A stretch of 63,359 bases of DNA, counting the filler, from Reticulomyxa filosa (lineage: Eukaryota; Protista; Foraminifera), in the NCBI GenBank assembly GCA_000512085.1. It is 19 parts of 19 records of this genome, joined end to end, with 100 filler letters (N's around TTAATTAATTAA, not from the genome) between each part and the next. Parts side by side here need not be neighbours in the genome. Positions count along the whole stretch, not along the records: positions 25,260 to 28,684 come from ASPP01008105.1; positions 28,785 to 30,039 come from ASPP01034448.1; positions 30,140 to 31,421 come from ASPP01038542.1; positions 31,522 to 34,126 come from ASPP01020296.1; positions 34,227 to 35,355 come from ASPP01019408.1; positions 35,456 to 36,796 come from ASPP01011438.1; positions 36,897 to 37,896 come from ASPP01013504.1; positions 37,997 to 39,623 come from ASPP01050272.1; 11 more parts are not named here. One strand, given 5' to 3'. The notes beneath the pieces were generated by a model. The model did not search any database. It saw nothing but the letters and a program-made list of their open reading frames with translations, and was not told the DNA's origin. Below are positions 25,291-38,149 of this stretch, piece by piece. A program made the translations under genes and the position numbers. Each line of letters opens with the position of its first letter. Within the stretch, counting starts at the first letter, position 1.

Positions 25291-26024
25291 CATATACATA
25301 TATGCATATATATTTCTAACGTAGATTTATAAATCTTATTTGGAGGTTCGAATTCAGTGACAACTAGTCTAATGTCGGGCAACTTTTCTTGACTCACGTT
25401 CCAAGTACCGGTGTATGAAAATGACAAGTATGCTCTCGCGTGAAAAATGAACCAATCTTGACCTGTTTCGCTGTATTCTAATACTTGCGCAATCACACGA
25501 TGATTTTCAATTTGTTCTTTCATCTTGCCACGAACAGTCAGCCATTTATCGCTTGTCATTTTTTTTTTTTTTTTATAAAAAAAATTTGTTTATTCAATAC
25601 ATATAATAAAGACCAAAGGGGGTTCTTTTTTTTTTTTTTTTTTACTACATTTTGTGTAGAGAAGCGGAAATATATAAATACATATATTTATTTATATACC
25701 TTTTTGTCATTCGGCGCTTGGGCAATTCCGCAGTGTCACTGTCTCGCAAGAAAAAAATGGTCCAATCTTGGTCACGTAAATGTGCTCCTTCTGGAAGCAT
25801 TAAATCGGCTAAAATACTAGAGGGAGAGGGGCAAAAAGAGTATTTTTAAAAAATTCATTTTTGTGGGTCAAGTGGATCACAGGTTATCTGTGAAAATACC
25901 TTTCACTGACAGGACATGGCTCTGGATATTGATGCTTCACTGTCGATCCTTTATCAATGTCAAACTCTGCCAACATTATGAATTCAACATTGTTTTTTTT
26001 GTCTTCCTTAAAGTTCATCGACAT
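25260..26024 (-). CDS. Afi1/MesA-like DENN-superfamily protein, N-terminal part (multi-exon)
   Basis: Hand translation of short exons: VEFIMLAEFDIDKGSTVKHQYP | ILADLMLPEGAHLRDQDWTIFFL, the Afi1-type uDENN signature. These exons are absent from the ORF track. Confidence 0.8.
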
Positions 26025-26345
26025 TGTAAAGTTATTGTATTACTTCGATGACGCAAGTCTAAGGCTTATTATTATTTCTGTGAAATTATCCGACAATCAC
26101 GTATATATCAATTATGCTATGAAAAGCTCAGAAAGGTCCCCAAATGTTTAAGGTATTCGTCTTTCAAAAGATGTGTTGTAGCTAGAAGTAACGTAAAAGT
26201 TTGCTCACATGATCTGGCGTTGGCTAAGACGATACCAAAAAGTGCAAAAGATAACAAAACTGAGCTAAAAGGTCTTCCACAGGTAAATTTTTTTGAATAT
26301 ATAAATATATAGAATCGAAGCATTTTCTGAACTTGGATAATATAA

Positions 26346-28684
26346 ATGGACTGGATAAAACCAGAAGATATCGCAGCAGCATTTGACAACTATGGCGAAG
26401 CTTGGACCGATCCGCAAAATACAAGCAGCAAAAACGACGACAAGGACAAAGGAAAGCCACATGACGAAGAAAAAAGATCAAACACAAGGAACAAGAAAAA
26501 TAAACAATCAGCAGCAAACAACAGTTTAGGCAAAGAAAAGGATACAAAGAAAAAGCTCTTTCCTAACTCACAACGGTTAAAGCTGAGGGGATGGTGGAAC
26601 AATTTTGGGAATGATGATTTGGAAGTTATTTCGGATGGGAAAGAACGGAACAATGTGATGGAATGGGAATCATATGATATCAATTCCAATGTGTTTATAT
26701 TAGCTGAAAAAAAGAAAAAGCAAGAGCAAGAGCAAGAACAACAATTATCCACACGAGATTCACCTCATGTTGATCTAACCAATGACAGCTCTGTACTTCC
26801 TTTGTCCACGACGACTGCTACTACTAATATTGATAAGAATAATGACAATAATAACAATGATAATAACAATGATAATAACAATGATAATAACAATAATAAC
26901 AATGATAGCAATAGCAATAGCAATAATAATAACAGCAACGATAACAATGATGACCAACAGTTGTTTCCATTCAATACTGAGACGAATACACTCTGGAACA
27001 CATTTTCAACTCCCTCCGCAATCGCTTTATCGGCCTTGACGCCTCATTCGGATTTCACTACAAGTAATCCCTTTTTACAGCAGACGAGTTTTGTTATTTC
27101 TGTGTTTGCATACATACGCATTTTGTGATTACACATCTTTACATTTACATATATATATATGTATATATATGTGGAACAGCACAAGCACAAAAAGAAGACA
27201 AAGAACTACAACAGTCTAAACATGTTCAGTTTTATACTTTTTTTTTTTTTTTTTTTTTAATCAAAGTTTTAAAAGTGTTGAAGTTTGATGCTGTCACACA
27301 CACACACACACACACACAAAAAGAGGGATGCATCGAACAATGAGTTGCAAGAAGAATTTGGAGCCACTACAACGATCATGCCTGAGGGAAACTGGAAAAG
27401 CACGCTCCATGATAACGTGCAAGCCGAGTTATTGAATGTTTTGTTGATCAAAAGAGGAGTATGTATTTGTTGCTGCGTTCATGTTTTCTCTTTCTTTCTT
27501 TCTTTCTTTCTTGTTTGCATTGGGTTATCGTTTGGTGGATTGGACCAACATAGCATTGATCTCACGGAGTCGGCCGATGATTTCCCTAGCAAACAATGGG
27601 ACATGAACGACCTACCACAAGTGAAGATCGTAGGAGAGGAGATTCTCTCTTTATACGAAAACGAGAATTCGAATAATGACTTGTTGGAACCCATCCCTCA
27701 TCCACAAGAGCATCTTGCCGCCTCCGAATCGCTTTTTCCGGAAGATTTCAAGTTGCCACAAGGAAACTCGCCAACTAAACCATCTGCAGCACAAGAATAC
27801 AAGCCTATCCATAACATATATTTTGATCCACCGGAATGGTATTCAACACGATTTCATGCCACCGATCTCACCTATTCATTTTCGCCACAATCTGAATGTA
27901 TGCTTCATTACAATCAAATACTAACTCTTCTTTCTACACAAGGACAACTGTGTATCTGTTTATGTTCTTGTACAAAAGCCGAAGACAAAGAGAATGGAAA
28001 CAAGGAAAATGAAAAGCAAAAGCAAAAGGAAAAGGAAAAGGAAACCAAAAAAGAAAAGGAAAATGAAAGTGAAAATGGAAATTACCAAAAGGAACTCCAA
28101 AAAGAGAGTGGCAATAATAGTAATGATAATAAAGATAACAACAAAGATGGTGACAATGGTAATGATAAAGATAATGATAATATGAATGTGAGTGAGAATG
28201 AGAATGAGAATAAGAATAAGAATGATAATGAAAATGATAACACAATTAAAAATAATAATAATAATAATGATAATAATGATAATGATGATGATGATGATAA
28301 TGAGAAAGAAATAGGAATAGAAGAAAGAGAAAAAAATGAAAAACTTGAACATACCAACATCAACGGACATGATCAACAGCAATTAATGGATGTCGCAGAA
28401 TTAGAAGCAAATGAAGAAAAAGAACTCATAGCCAATACCAACTTTGAAACACCAAAACGTCGACCTCTGCCATTAAATGACGAAACTATAGTCCAAACTG
28501 TCATTAAACAAACTATCGCAAAACAACAACAGCGTGCAGAAGAATGTGCCAAATTAAAAGAGCAACTGTTGGCTGAGTCATCTCAAAATAATATGTGTGT
28601 ATCCTCTCTCACATCTGTTTTTGATAAAAAGTTAAAACAAAAACGAGCCTTGGAACAGTCAAGGGACGAATTTTTATCAGTTTA
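26346..28684 (+). CDS. Low-complexity (N/D/E/K-rich) hypothetical protein, partial, multi-exon
   Basis: ORFs 26346-27128 and 27285-28684 with microsatellite-containing introns; divergent from the Afi1-like gene. Confidence 0.6.
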
Positions 28685-28784
28685 NNNNNNNNNNNNNNNN
28701 NNNNNNNNNNNNNNNNNNNNNNNNNNNNTTAATTAATTAANNNNNNNNNNNNNNNNNNNNNNNNNNNNNNNNNNNNNNNNNNNN

Positions 28785-30039
28785 TTTGGATTTCGAATAG
28801 TGAGTGTGCTGCTAATGTGAGGAGTGAGCTTGCGAATGACATAAATATTGCTTGTCTGTGACTATAGAAAGAGAAGTAAAGCTAGTTGCGTTTCTTGGCT
28901 CCATCACTGTGAAAGTCTAGTGCATTGCGTTATTCGGCAAAGATGATCGGCGCTTGTTCGACAGTCCACTATATCGACTATGGATTACGAATGACGTGTT
29001 GGATGCAACGCAATACTTTGTATCCATTGCATTATCCCAGCGCTCGGAGAAAAACGAAGTAAAGACCGCAAATTCGGGTCGACGTGAGTGATAAGAAATC
29101 GTTGAATTAGTGCACTCAGAATGAATAAATTTAATAATTAAGAAAAAAAACGAATTGTGCCCTCCTTCCATCATTGGATCGCCAAGCCAAATATTATTGA
29201 ATGGACAATCATTGCGATGGACGCAGAAATTTCTAATATTGGCCGTGATCCAACACAAATGTATGTGTCCCTCATCATAATGGCAGCAATAGTGAATGAA
29301 CATCGTATTTTGAAAATATTCATCATTGGACTAGTTGAAAAAAATTGTCCCAGTTCAATCCTTCTTCTTGGTAGGCTTGCTTTCGTTCGTAGTCGGACAG
29401 CACCAACATCCAGAAGAAAAACATTAAAATACCGTGAAATAAAAAAAAAGACGATATCGGCATTACGGTATCGAAACAGCAGCAGGGACTGGATCGTTCG
29501 AAGAAATGGAAGAAATAAAAGACAAAGAAGGAGATGTGATGACAAAGAAAAAGATGACTCCAAAGCCATATCATCGTTGGACTTGTTTTAAAAAGAAAGA
29601 AAATATCGTTTACACAAATGGCGACTTTGCGCATGAGCAATTTCACATAATGCGCGTGACAATATCAAGAGCAATATCAACGATGATGACAACGACAATG
29701 ATGAAATACAATCCATGTCCTCCTCTATTAATTGTCAATTTTTTCACGACATTGAACTGAAGTTGTGTAAGCCAATGTTTGGGTACTGCTGCTGGTGTGT
29801 GGAAGAAAGTTGTTGCTTTTTGCCAATCGATAATTGGATTGACTATTCAAAAGTCGCTCCATTATTTGACGAGTGAAAACAAAGCTTGGATATTGACAAT
29901 GTGTTGATGGTGCTGGGCCCTGCTGAGTGAATACGTAGGCGATATTTTATATCAGCAGTCGAGCACATCTTTACTCTCAAAGAAGTCGCCGCTCTGGATA
30001 TGAACGCATTTTTCGATTATCAAAATCAAATCACTCGAA
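28785..30039 (+). pseudogene. Coding-like but fragmented region of unknown family
   Basis: Elevated GC and several partial frames with stops; strand and product not resolved. Confidence 0.2.
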
Positions 30040-30139
30040 NNNNNNNNNNNNNNNNNNNNNNNNNNNNNNNNNNNNNNNNNNNNTTAATTAATTAANNNNN
30101 NNNNNNNNNNNNNNNNNNNNNNNNNNNNNNNNNNNNNNN

Positions 30140-31421
30140 TTTTTTAAACAATTGTTTAAAGTTTTTTACATCTTCTTCTTTCATATTTGGAAGATCAGGC
30201 CATTTTGGGTTATCATTATATTCACTAATTGCAATCATCATTACCAATGCATTTTTAATTGTTTTCGTTTTTCCACATATTATTGGGTGAAATGGAGTCC
30301 AAATTATTTTAAATGAAGGTTGACTCTTTTTAAATTCTTTTTTCACATCCTTGTCTGATTCAATAATATTATCTTTCATATTGGTCAAATCAAGTTTTAC
30401 ATGTTCATTTCTCATTTTTTGAAAATCCTTCCGTTCCAAACAATGATAACTTTGATAAAGAAGTTCTTCAAATTTCAGTTCTTTCATTTTTATCAATGTT
30501 TTTCTTTCATCCACTTTCACATATGCTGTCAACTATTTTGTATTTTGTTATTGTTGTAATTCAGATGAAAAAAATAAGAGTAAAATAATACACAATTTAT
30601 CAACTTCCTTTTCTTCTTTTCTGGCTTCATCGGTTGTGATCAGAGCAAGATGAGAATCAAGTGAAAAACAAATAGAATCAATATCATCTTTTGTGATTTC
30701 ATTTTTCCATTTTTGTTGATTCAATAACCATACTCCAAATTGTTCATTTGATAATGTTTTAAATCTTTCGATTATTTTTGTTTTATCCTTTTGTTTTCTT
30801 TCATTCCACCATTTCGTCACTTTGTTAAAACTTTCCTGGATTTTATTTGATTTGGATATACATTAAATGCAAACAAAACAAAACAAAAAATATTTCAACA
30901 TTTGCATTCTTTCTTTTTGTCACATAGTTATTTGTTTCCAGTTTTCAACTTAAAAAAGATGATTTTTTATACCTCCTCCTTCTATCAAAATCAGAAATTC
31001 AAAACAATCGTATTGCTACAACTGACATTAATACTTAACTTTTACATCCTTTTTTTTTGCAATTTTGTTCATTTCACTGCCACTCTCTTTTTCTTCTTCC
31101 TCTTCCTCATCTTCTTCCTCTTCCTCATTCTCTTTTTCCACTTTCAATTGAATTCCTTTTTTCATTTCTTTTTCACTCAGCCATTCACGAACTTCAGTTT
31201 TCATGTGTGTTGATACAGATCCTTTATTATATCCTCCAATAATATGCACATACGTGTTGTCTTCACTCAATATTGCAACACATAAATATAATGGACTGGG
31301 TAAAGTGTTTTGAAATGTCATCCATTTGTTTTCTCGAATTGAATACTTGTACACTGATTTTGAAACAATATTAACACTCCATCCACCAAAGAATAAGATG
31401 ACATCATTGATACACACATAT
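30140..31421 (-). CDS. Kelch-repeat / helical module / caspase-like (Peptidase C14-like) multidomain protein, partial
   Basis: Kelch blades (ILFFGGW...VYKYSIRENKWMTF, VHIIGGY), an acidic linker, the module WWNERK..K.KII..FK.L...F..WLL.Q.KWK, an LTAYVKVDE domain, then NALVMMIAISEY...WPDLPN...DVKNFKQLF (caspase first strand and helix). Confidence 0.7.
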
Positions 31422-33590
31422 NNNNNNNNNNNNNNNNNNNNNNNNNNNNNNNNNNNNNNNNNNNNTTAATTAATTAANNNNNNNNNNNNNNNNNNNNNNN
31501 NNNNNNNNNNNNNNNNNNNNNGCAAAAGTACCATGTAACAACACCTTCAAATTGTTCAAATAGTCGGCTCATTACGCGACATGCTAACTTGGATTGAATA
31601 ATGGCTTGAACGACTGGTGGACATATATCTGGGTCGACTTGCTGCGACTGTGCTTGCACTTGTCCTGGGCTACGCCATGAAACTGACGCATACGTACCTT
31701 CGTTTCGATTATCGACACTCACATCGCTGTTATGAAATAGTTGCACTTCGCCTGCTCTTTGGTCATTGGGAGGGCATGCAAAGTAATGGAGATTGCCACC
31801 ATCCTGGTGGCTTAACAACACATAGCTCTTGGCTGGACTACCCCCGCTTTGCTTGTCGTCATTCCAATATCATTTCTACCAATCCTGCCCCCACTTGCCA
31901 ATGCAATAACTGGCAATTGGTTGTGATAGTTACCATCAGCAATAAACAAACTTGTCGTTTCTTCCATATTCATTCCATCATTGCGATTCGATAATGAACA
32001 AGCATATTTTTCTTGGGGTATCCCTTTTGCAAACAGCTACCGCGCCGTTGAATATTATCCTCTATTCACACCTTCTTTCTTCAACATCTCTCTTAACTAT
32101 CTGTATATTTATTAATTTGTGTTGTAATTTTGTTTTGAAGCACTTCAAACTGTGTTATTGTCTTTGTTCATCTTTACTTGGAACTATTTCAAAAAAAGTA
32201 ATCTTCATTTATTTACAAAATCAATAACAAAATGAAATTTTTACATACACTTATTGATGTATATATTGCTATTGTTAGCTATGAAAAAAATCAACATACG
32301 TCATATTTACAGTATTGAGTAATGTCAATGTAAGAAATATTTCATTTCGGCAATTTAGTGTTAAATATAATCAAGATTTATAAACTATTTGACACATCAA
32401 GTATAACGTTGACGTAGTCTTGCTAGAAATGTTATTATGAATCATGCATTATCATATATGGAAATCGTTGTTGATATAAGTTAAATAAACAATATTTCAT
32501 TAACATGAATTTTTGTTTTGTTAAGTTAATACTTTTCACAAACGAAAAGTTTTATCGCGATAAATTTAAACAGGTAAATAAGTTTTATTAATAAAAAATA
32601 TTAATACTTAAATTTTAGTTAAATGAATTACATTTCAGCTTTAAAAGCTATTTGTTGTTTCTTAAAATTGTTTTTTTTAGCAAATATATATTTATGTTTT
32701 TCTTTGCTATATTGTATTAAATATATACTATAAAACATTTATAAAAATATTTGTTTATTTTACTTGTTATATAATATATATTATATATCAGAAAATTTGA
32801 ATAATTAATATAATAATAATTAAGATAATGTAGGAAGATCTCGAAACATAACTGTAAGACGAAATTTTTTAATTATTTTAGTAAATATTAAACGAAACCG
32901 AAATCAAATTAAAAAAAATAACTATATAATATAAAAGTTATTAAGATTTTACATGTTAATATATTTCAATGTATATTGTTACATATTTCTTTGTCAGTAT
33001 GTCAACATAGTATATGTTTTTTATAATTTATAAATTCTTAATTTAAAAAAAAATACAAAATTTTGTATTTATAAATATGTTTAAAAGTTTCATTATGTTG
33101 AAACTAAATATTGTTTATATTTTGTAATATCTTTTTCCAAATATAGTACGATCATTAAGAAATTCATTAATATAAATCAAAAGTAATGAAATATAAATTA
33201 TATAATTTATTTGTTTATTTCTTTTCAACTTTAGTAGATGTTGTATTTTTAGTATAACGACAACTTTTTCTGTTATTTTCAAGTATTGAACTAAAAACAA
33301 AACTCACACAAGAAAACTGTTAAGCAAATAAAGGAAGTTTGAGTGAAAAGTTTGATCGTTTGAAATTTGTCGTATAGTCGATATATGTCGAATCTAAGAT
33401 CATTTTCTCAATCCTTTTGCACAATTTTTTGTATATTCATAGCTGTAAGAGCTATTATTAGCTTCATATTGCTTCCAAGCTAGTTAAGAGATTAAAAAGG
33501 GTCAAGCACTGGTGGGTTAGCACAGTTGTGTCTTTTTTAGGAACTCAGTGTTGTAAAATTTCAAAATCCTTGTCAAGTTCAACCAGATCT

Positions 33591-34126
33591 ATGGAGACTG
33601 ATTCTTCTATTCTTAATGCACACGCAAAACCTTTTATTCCAGGCATTTCTCCTGCTCCTGTCAACCCAACATTTACTTCTATGGTATGTGCATTTATCTT
33701 GCAAAATTTTTTTTTGTTCGTTTTTAACGCGCACTTGCGTAATGTGGGGGCTATAGAGACATGGAAAAGGTAGCAAAAAACCACAAACCCCGTTGGCTAC
33801 AATTCCCGAACAAGACGTTCCAGCTTCAATCAACAAGAATCAGTGGGAAAAGGTGGCAGCCTCAAAAGTGAATACGGACACAAAGAAAAGCAGTCCTGGC
33901 GGTCAACGACAGTCATTTGCCCAACAGCAGCTGAGCGCAGAGAGTCTTATTCAATTGAATATGTGGAATAATTACTGCTTATACGTAAGCATGTGTTTTT
34001 TTTTTTTTTTGTATTGCCCTAAGAAGCAAGGTTTCCTCCCCCCCAATGGTGTGGCAAAAAAAACGAAGGGGGAGAGGTGTGGAAAGAAAGAAAAGGGGCA
34101 AAGAGGCAAAGGGGGGGGGGGGACTA
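33591..34126 (+). CDS. PAM2-motif protein, N-terminal part
   Basis: METDSSILNAHAKPFIPG matches the PAM2 (poly(A)-binding-protein-interacting) consensus LNxxAxxFxP; intron from 33684; truncated. Confidence 0.65.
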
Positions 34127-34226
34127 NNNNNNNNNNNNNNNNNNNNNNNNNNNNNNNNNNNNNNNNNNNNTTAATTAATTAANNNNNNNNNNNNNNNNNN
34201 NNNNNNNNNNNNNNNNNNNNNNNNNN

Positions 34227-34431
34227 TTATTTGAAAAAGTTGTTGCAACTGTTTTTAATCGCAGAACTTTTTATGATTGCGTTCTACGTGGTTGTGTTCG
34301 TGCGCGATTGGAGTAATGCCGCTTCGGTCATGGGCCAGTTCTATCTTTGCGTCAATTGCTCCACCATGCTATTGTCCTTTGCTTTTGCCAAACCTTTCTT
34401 CGATTTCTTTTGCCCGTGTACATTGCAGTAG
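34227..34431 (+). CDS. Membrane protein, C-terminal fragment (two TM helices, possibly TM6-7 of a 7TM receptor)
   Basis: Two hydrophobic segments and a Cys-containing tail before the stop. Confidence 0.45.
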
Positions 34432-35455
34432 TTATTTGTTTGTTGTGTGTTTTAATAGCCTCAGTTGAAGAAAAATTTGTCGAAATTGATTTTTTTTTTT
34501 TTTTTTGCAGAAAATATAGCCCTTTTTTTTTCTTGTTTGCTTATCTTTGTTTCATATCGTGATGTTTTCTGTTCTTTTGTGACTGCTTTTTTTTTTTGAC
34601 GATTTTCACTTGTCGCTGTTATTTTTCTTTGAAAAACTGTTCATTTTCCCATTTGTTGACAAAATAAAAAAATGGATTACAAATGGTGGATCATTTTGAT
34701 TGTACGTGAACCAAAAGGCGTCGTTGTGCATTTTACGAATTTTTTTGCTTATTTTGTATGCTGCTATAAAAACCTATGGGAAAAATTTGCTTTTGTGATA
34801 TGTAATCAATACAATTTATTGCCTGCTTATAAAAAAAATATTCAATTGGATGAAGCAAGACCAATTTTCAAAAAGAAAGAATTTACAAATACTTTTCCAA
34901 TTTAATCAAACTTCCATCATAATTAAGTATGCTATAGATAAATCAAAATCATTTCGTCGAGTAGAGTTTTTATTTTAATATGTCCAGCTTCCATTGAACG
35001 TCTGTAGCAAAAAATGATACTATAACGTATAAATTATATGTTAACCAAAGTCAAAATTATAAAAATATACATCTGACAGCTGAAATTTACCCTGTAACAC
35101 TGTTTGTGAAAGAGTGGATATATTGAAAAATAATTCTGAAAGAAAACAATAGCGCATGAAAACAAAGTGTATAAACAACTTTTCAAAGTAATTAATTCAA
35201 AAAAAAGTTGCCACATGAAATGTCAAATTATTTAATCCAAACTTTTTAAAAATCTATAAATCATGTAGTTTTAATATAGTTTTTATCCATCTCATTAGTA
35301 AATACAACATTTTGCTATCAATAAAATTCTCTTGTTATTCTTGTTGTTGGAATGCNNNNNNNNNNNNNNNNNNNNNNNNNNNNNNNNNNNNNNNNNNNNT
35401 TAATTAATTAANNNNNNNNNNNNNNNNNNNNNNNNNNNNNNNNNNNNNNNNNNNN

Positions 35456-35488
<33 letters not shown>

Positions 35489-36079
35489 AACAAAAAAAAC
35501 CTGACAGTAGACATGTCCAAAGGTGGTACATTGGGCTTTTTTTGTACATTGTTGTTGTTGTTGTTGTTGTTATTGTTATTATTGTTGGGATGCAGTCTTT
35601 GCTGCCCGGAAGATGGACATGGATGGTATGGAGGATAGGGGGAGGCATCTTGTTTGACATTGGAAGGGGCTCGGAAGTTTGTTGTGCAAGAGATGGGAAT
35701 GCACCGTGGTGATGAGCAGCGGCAGTGGTAGAAGAAGAAGAAGAAGGATTGAGGTGGAAAGGGTAGTAATGTGGGTCCAAAGAGGCGTATTGCTGTGACT
35801 GCGGCGTTTTTGAGTGCAATGGAAATTGCGGAGTGAGAGACCCGCCACTCCAAGTGGATGACATGTCACTGGTCGTGGTAGCCACCGTCCCTGTTGTGGT
35901 GGCTGTTGCAGTTGTTGTTGTTGTTGTTGCTATTGTTGCTGTTGTTGTTGGTGGTGCAGTGGTTGTTGTCGCCGCTTCTGTTAGGTGACGCAAACGCAAT
36001 CCATAAGACATTCGTTTTCGATAGGCTTTAAGTGCATTACGAGAATTTGTAAAGATTGGATTACCTGTCGATACTATTC

Positions 36080-36112
<33 letters not shown>

Positions 36113-36700
36113 CATTATTATTGTCATTGTCATTGTTATTATTATCTTTCTCTTTCTCGCTCTCTTGATCCGACGGAGAAGACAGATAATGCGAAGGAAG
36201 AGAGTGCGGATGCACGTTGTGGATATTGGCTTGAGGATCTTCGTTAACAGTGTCGGGGAAACGCGAGTTCCTTTTGGCTGACAAGGATAATGCGGCCTTG
36301 CGACTGTTCCATATGTCCACATTTCCTTCCAGAATCCGCAAGGAAAGACGTTGCGAAGTTTCAACATTGTCATCGTCGTCATCTTCATCTTCGTTGTTCT
36401 TTTTTGCGCGTGCTTCTCTCGCCGCTGCTGCTTTTTCTTGCCCTTGCTCTTTCGCTTTCTTCTCCGTTTGCACTCGTCGTTGCATGTTCCTGCTCTCGAT
36501 TCGACGATAAGTCGCACCTTTCTTTCGTTTATCTCGTTTCGGCTTTCGGCGGCCGTGGTGGTGATGATGACGGTGGCGGCGCTCTTCCTCATCACTTGGC
36601 ATACCACCATCTGCTGGTGAAGTCACCGCATTTTCCAACAACACACTCGATGATTTTTTCCACTGCTGGGAAGTGGAGACGTCTTCATACTTTCTAATCC
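35456..36700 (-). CDS. Low-complexity hypothetical protein, internal exon
   Basis: Long open frame with His, Asn, Thr and Ser runs, bounded by intron-like microsatellite and poly-T sequence. Confidence 0.55.
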
Positions 36701-36764
36701 TTTACGATCATACAAATAATATACACATGTATGTATACATATGTATATAAACATATAAATATAA

Positions 36765-36796
<32 letters not shown>

Positions 36797-36896
36797 NNNN
36801 NNNNNNNNNNNNNNNNNNNNNNNNNNNNNNNNNNNNNNNNTTAATTAATTAANNNNNNNNNNNNNNNNNNNNNNNNNNNNNNNNNNNNNNNNNNNN

Positions 36897-37547
36897 CTCG
36901 CTCATGTTGAACGTGACGTAGATCGGATCGAGCTGGACGATCGTGGCGAGCTTGGTGGCCGTGGTGGCGCCCACCAGCTCGCCGACCGAGACGAGATGCT
37001 TGCTGACGATGCCGTCGAACGGGGCGCTGACCGTCGTGTAGCCGAGGTTCGTCTGGGCGATCGTGAGGTTGCCCTCGGCATTCTCGACATTGGCCCGCGC
37101 ATTGTCGCGCTTGGCCTTGGCGGTGTCGTAGGTGGCCTGGGCCGAGACGTTCTGGCGGAGCAGGGTCTCCTGGCGGGTGAACTCGGCTTCGGCCTGGGCC
37201 AGCGAGGCCTTGGCGCCGTCGAGCTGAGCCTCGCCCTCCTTGACCTTGGCCTTGTACATCGTCTGCTCGATGCCGAAGAGCTTGTCGTCCTTCTTCTTTT
37301 CGGAGCCGTCGACATAGTCCTGGGAGACCAGGAAGCCCTCGACGCGGGCGACCAGGTCGACGGTCGCGAAGGCCACCGTGTTGCCGGTCAGCACCTCGAA
37401 CGGGGTCACGTCCTGCTTGACGGGCACGCCGACGCTGACTTCGGCGGGCGGCGGGGGCTGGAACTTGTTCTCCTGCTTGCAGCCCGTCACCAGCGCGGCC
37501 AGTGCGACCGCCGCCACAAAGGGCGCCAGCGCCCGAAAAGGTTTCAT
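36897..37547 (-). CDS. Bacterial RND efflux periplasmic adaptor (AcrA/MexE family) lipoprotein, N-terminal part
   Basis: Lipobox LVTGC, V.LVARVEGFL, alpha-hairpin, LGYTTVSAPFDG.V....VSVGELV and VQLDPIYVTFN motifs; GC-rich contig. Confidence 0.93.
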
Positions 37548-37662
37548 GACTGCAAGAACTACGGCTTCATCGTTACGATTCGACATATTTCCGACGATGC
37601 TCCCCGCGAGGCCGGCGCCAGCGTTAGCGCATCCCCTGCAGGATTGCCACCGCCCAGCCGCT

Positions 37663-37896
37663 TCACAGCCGCTTGAACAGGAGCGACAGATTGTTTGCCG
37701 GCATCTCGACGATGTCGGGCTCCCCAAAGCCCTGCCCAAGGGCGAGTTCGGTGACGGCTTCCAGGTCGCGCACGCCCCATGCGGGATTGCGCCGTTTGAG
37801 GTCGGCGTCAAAGGCCTCGTTGCTGGGCGCGGTGTGCCGGCCGCCCCGTCGGTAGGGGCCGTAGGTGAAGAGCAGGCCGCCCGGAGGCAGCAGGCG
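37663..37896 (-). CDS. Bacterial DUF938 (METTL26-like) SAM methyltransferase, C-terminal fragment
   Basis: Hand translation: LLPPGGLLFTYGPYRRGGRHTAPSNEAFDADLKRRNPAWGVRDLE...IVEMPANNLSLLFKRL*. Confidence 0.88.
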   Translation of the reverse strand, partial: RLLPPGGLLFTYGPYRRGGRHTAPSNEAFDADLKRRNPAWGVRDLEAVTELALGQGFGEPDIVEMPANNLSLLFKRL

Positions 37897-38149
37897 NNNN
37901 NNNNNNNNNNNNNNNNNNNNNNNNNNNNNNNNNNNNNNNNTTAATTAATTAANNNNNNNNNNNNNNNNNNNNNNNNNNNNNNNNNNNNNNNNNNNNAAAA
38001 AGGTCCATATCAAACGTAATGTGGTGCATGATGAATTGAATAATTTAAAAGTTGTGAGCTGATTATATGCAATCTATATTCCAAGTTATAATGTGATTGG
38101 AAGATATTTGAAATATGTATGTAATCAATACACAAATATATAACATAGA

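Noticed and set aside
26765-28382. Poly-Leu, poly-Ile and poly-Tyr ORFs suggesting membrane proteins
   Set aside because: Antisense and off-frame shadows of AAT/GAT trinucleotide tracts in the real gene.
36996-37944. Plus-strand ORFs on the bacterial contig
   Set aside because: GC-rich shadow frames of the minus-strand efflux and DUF938 genes.
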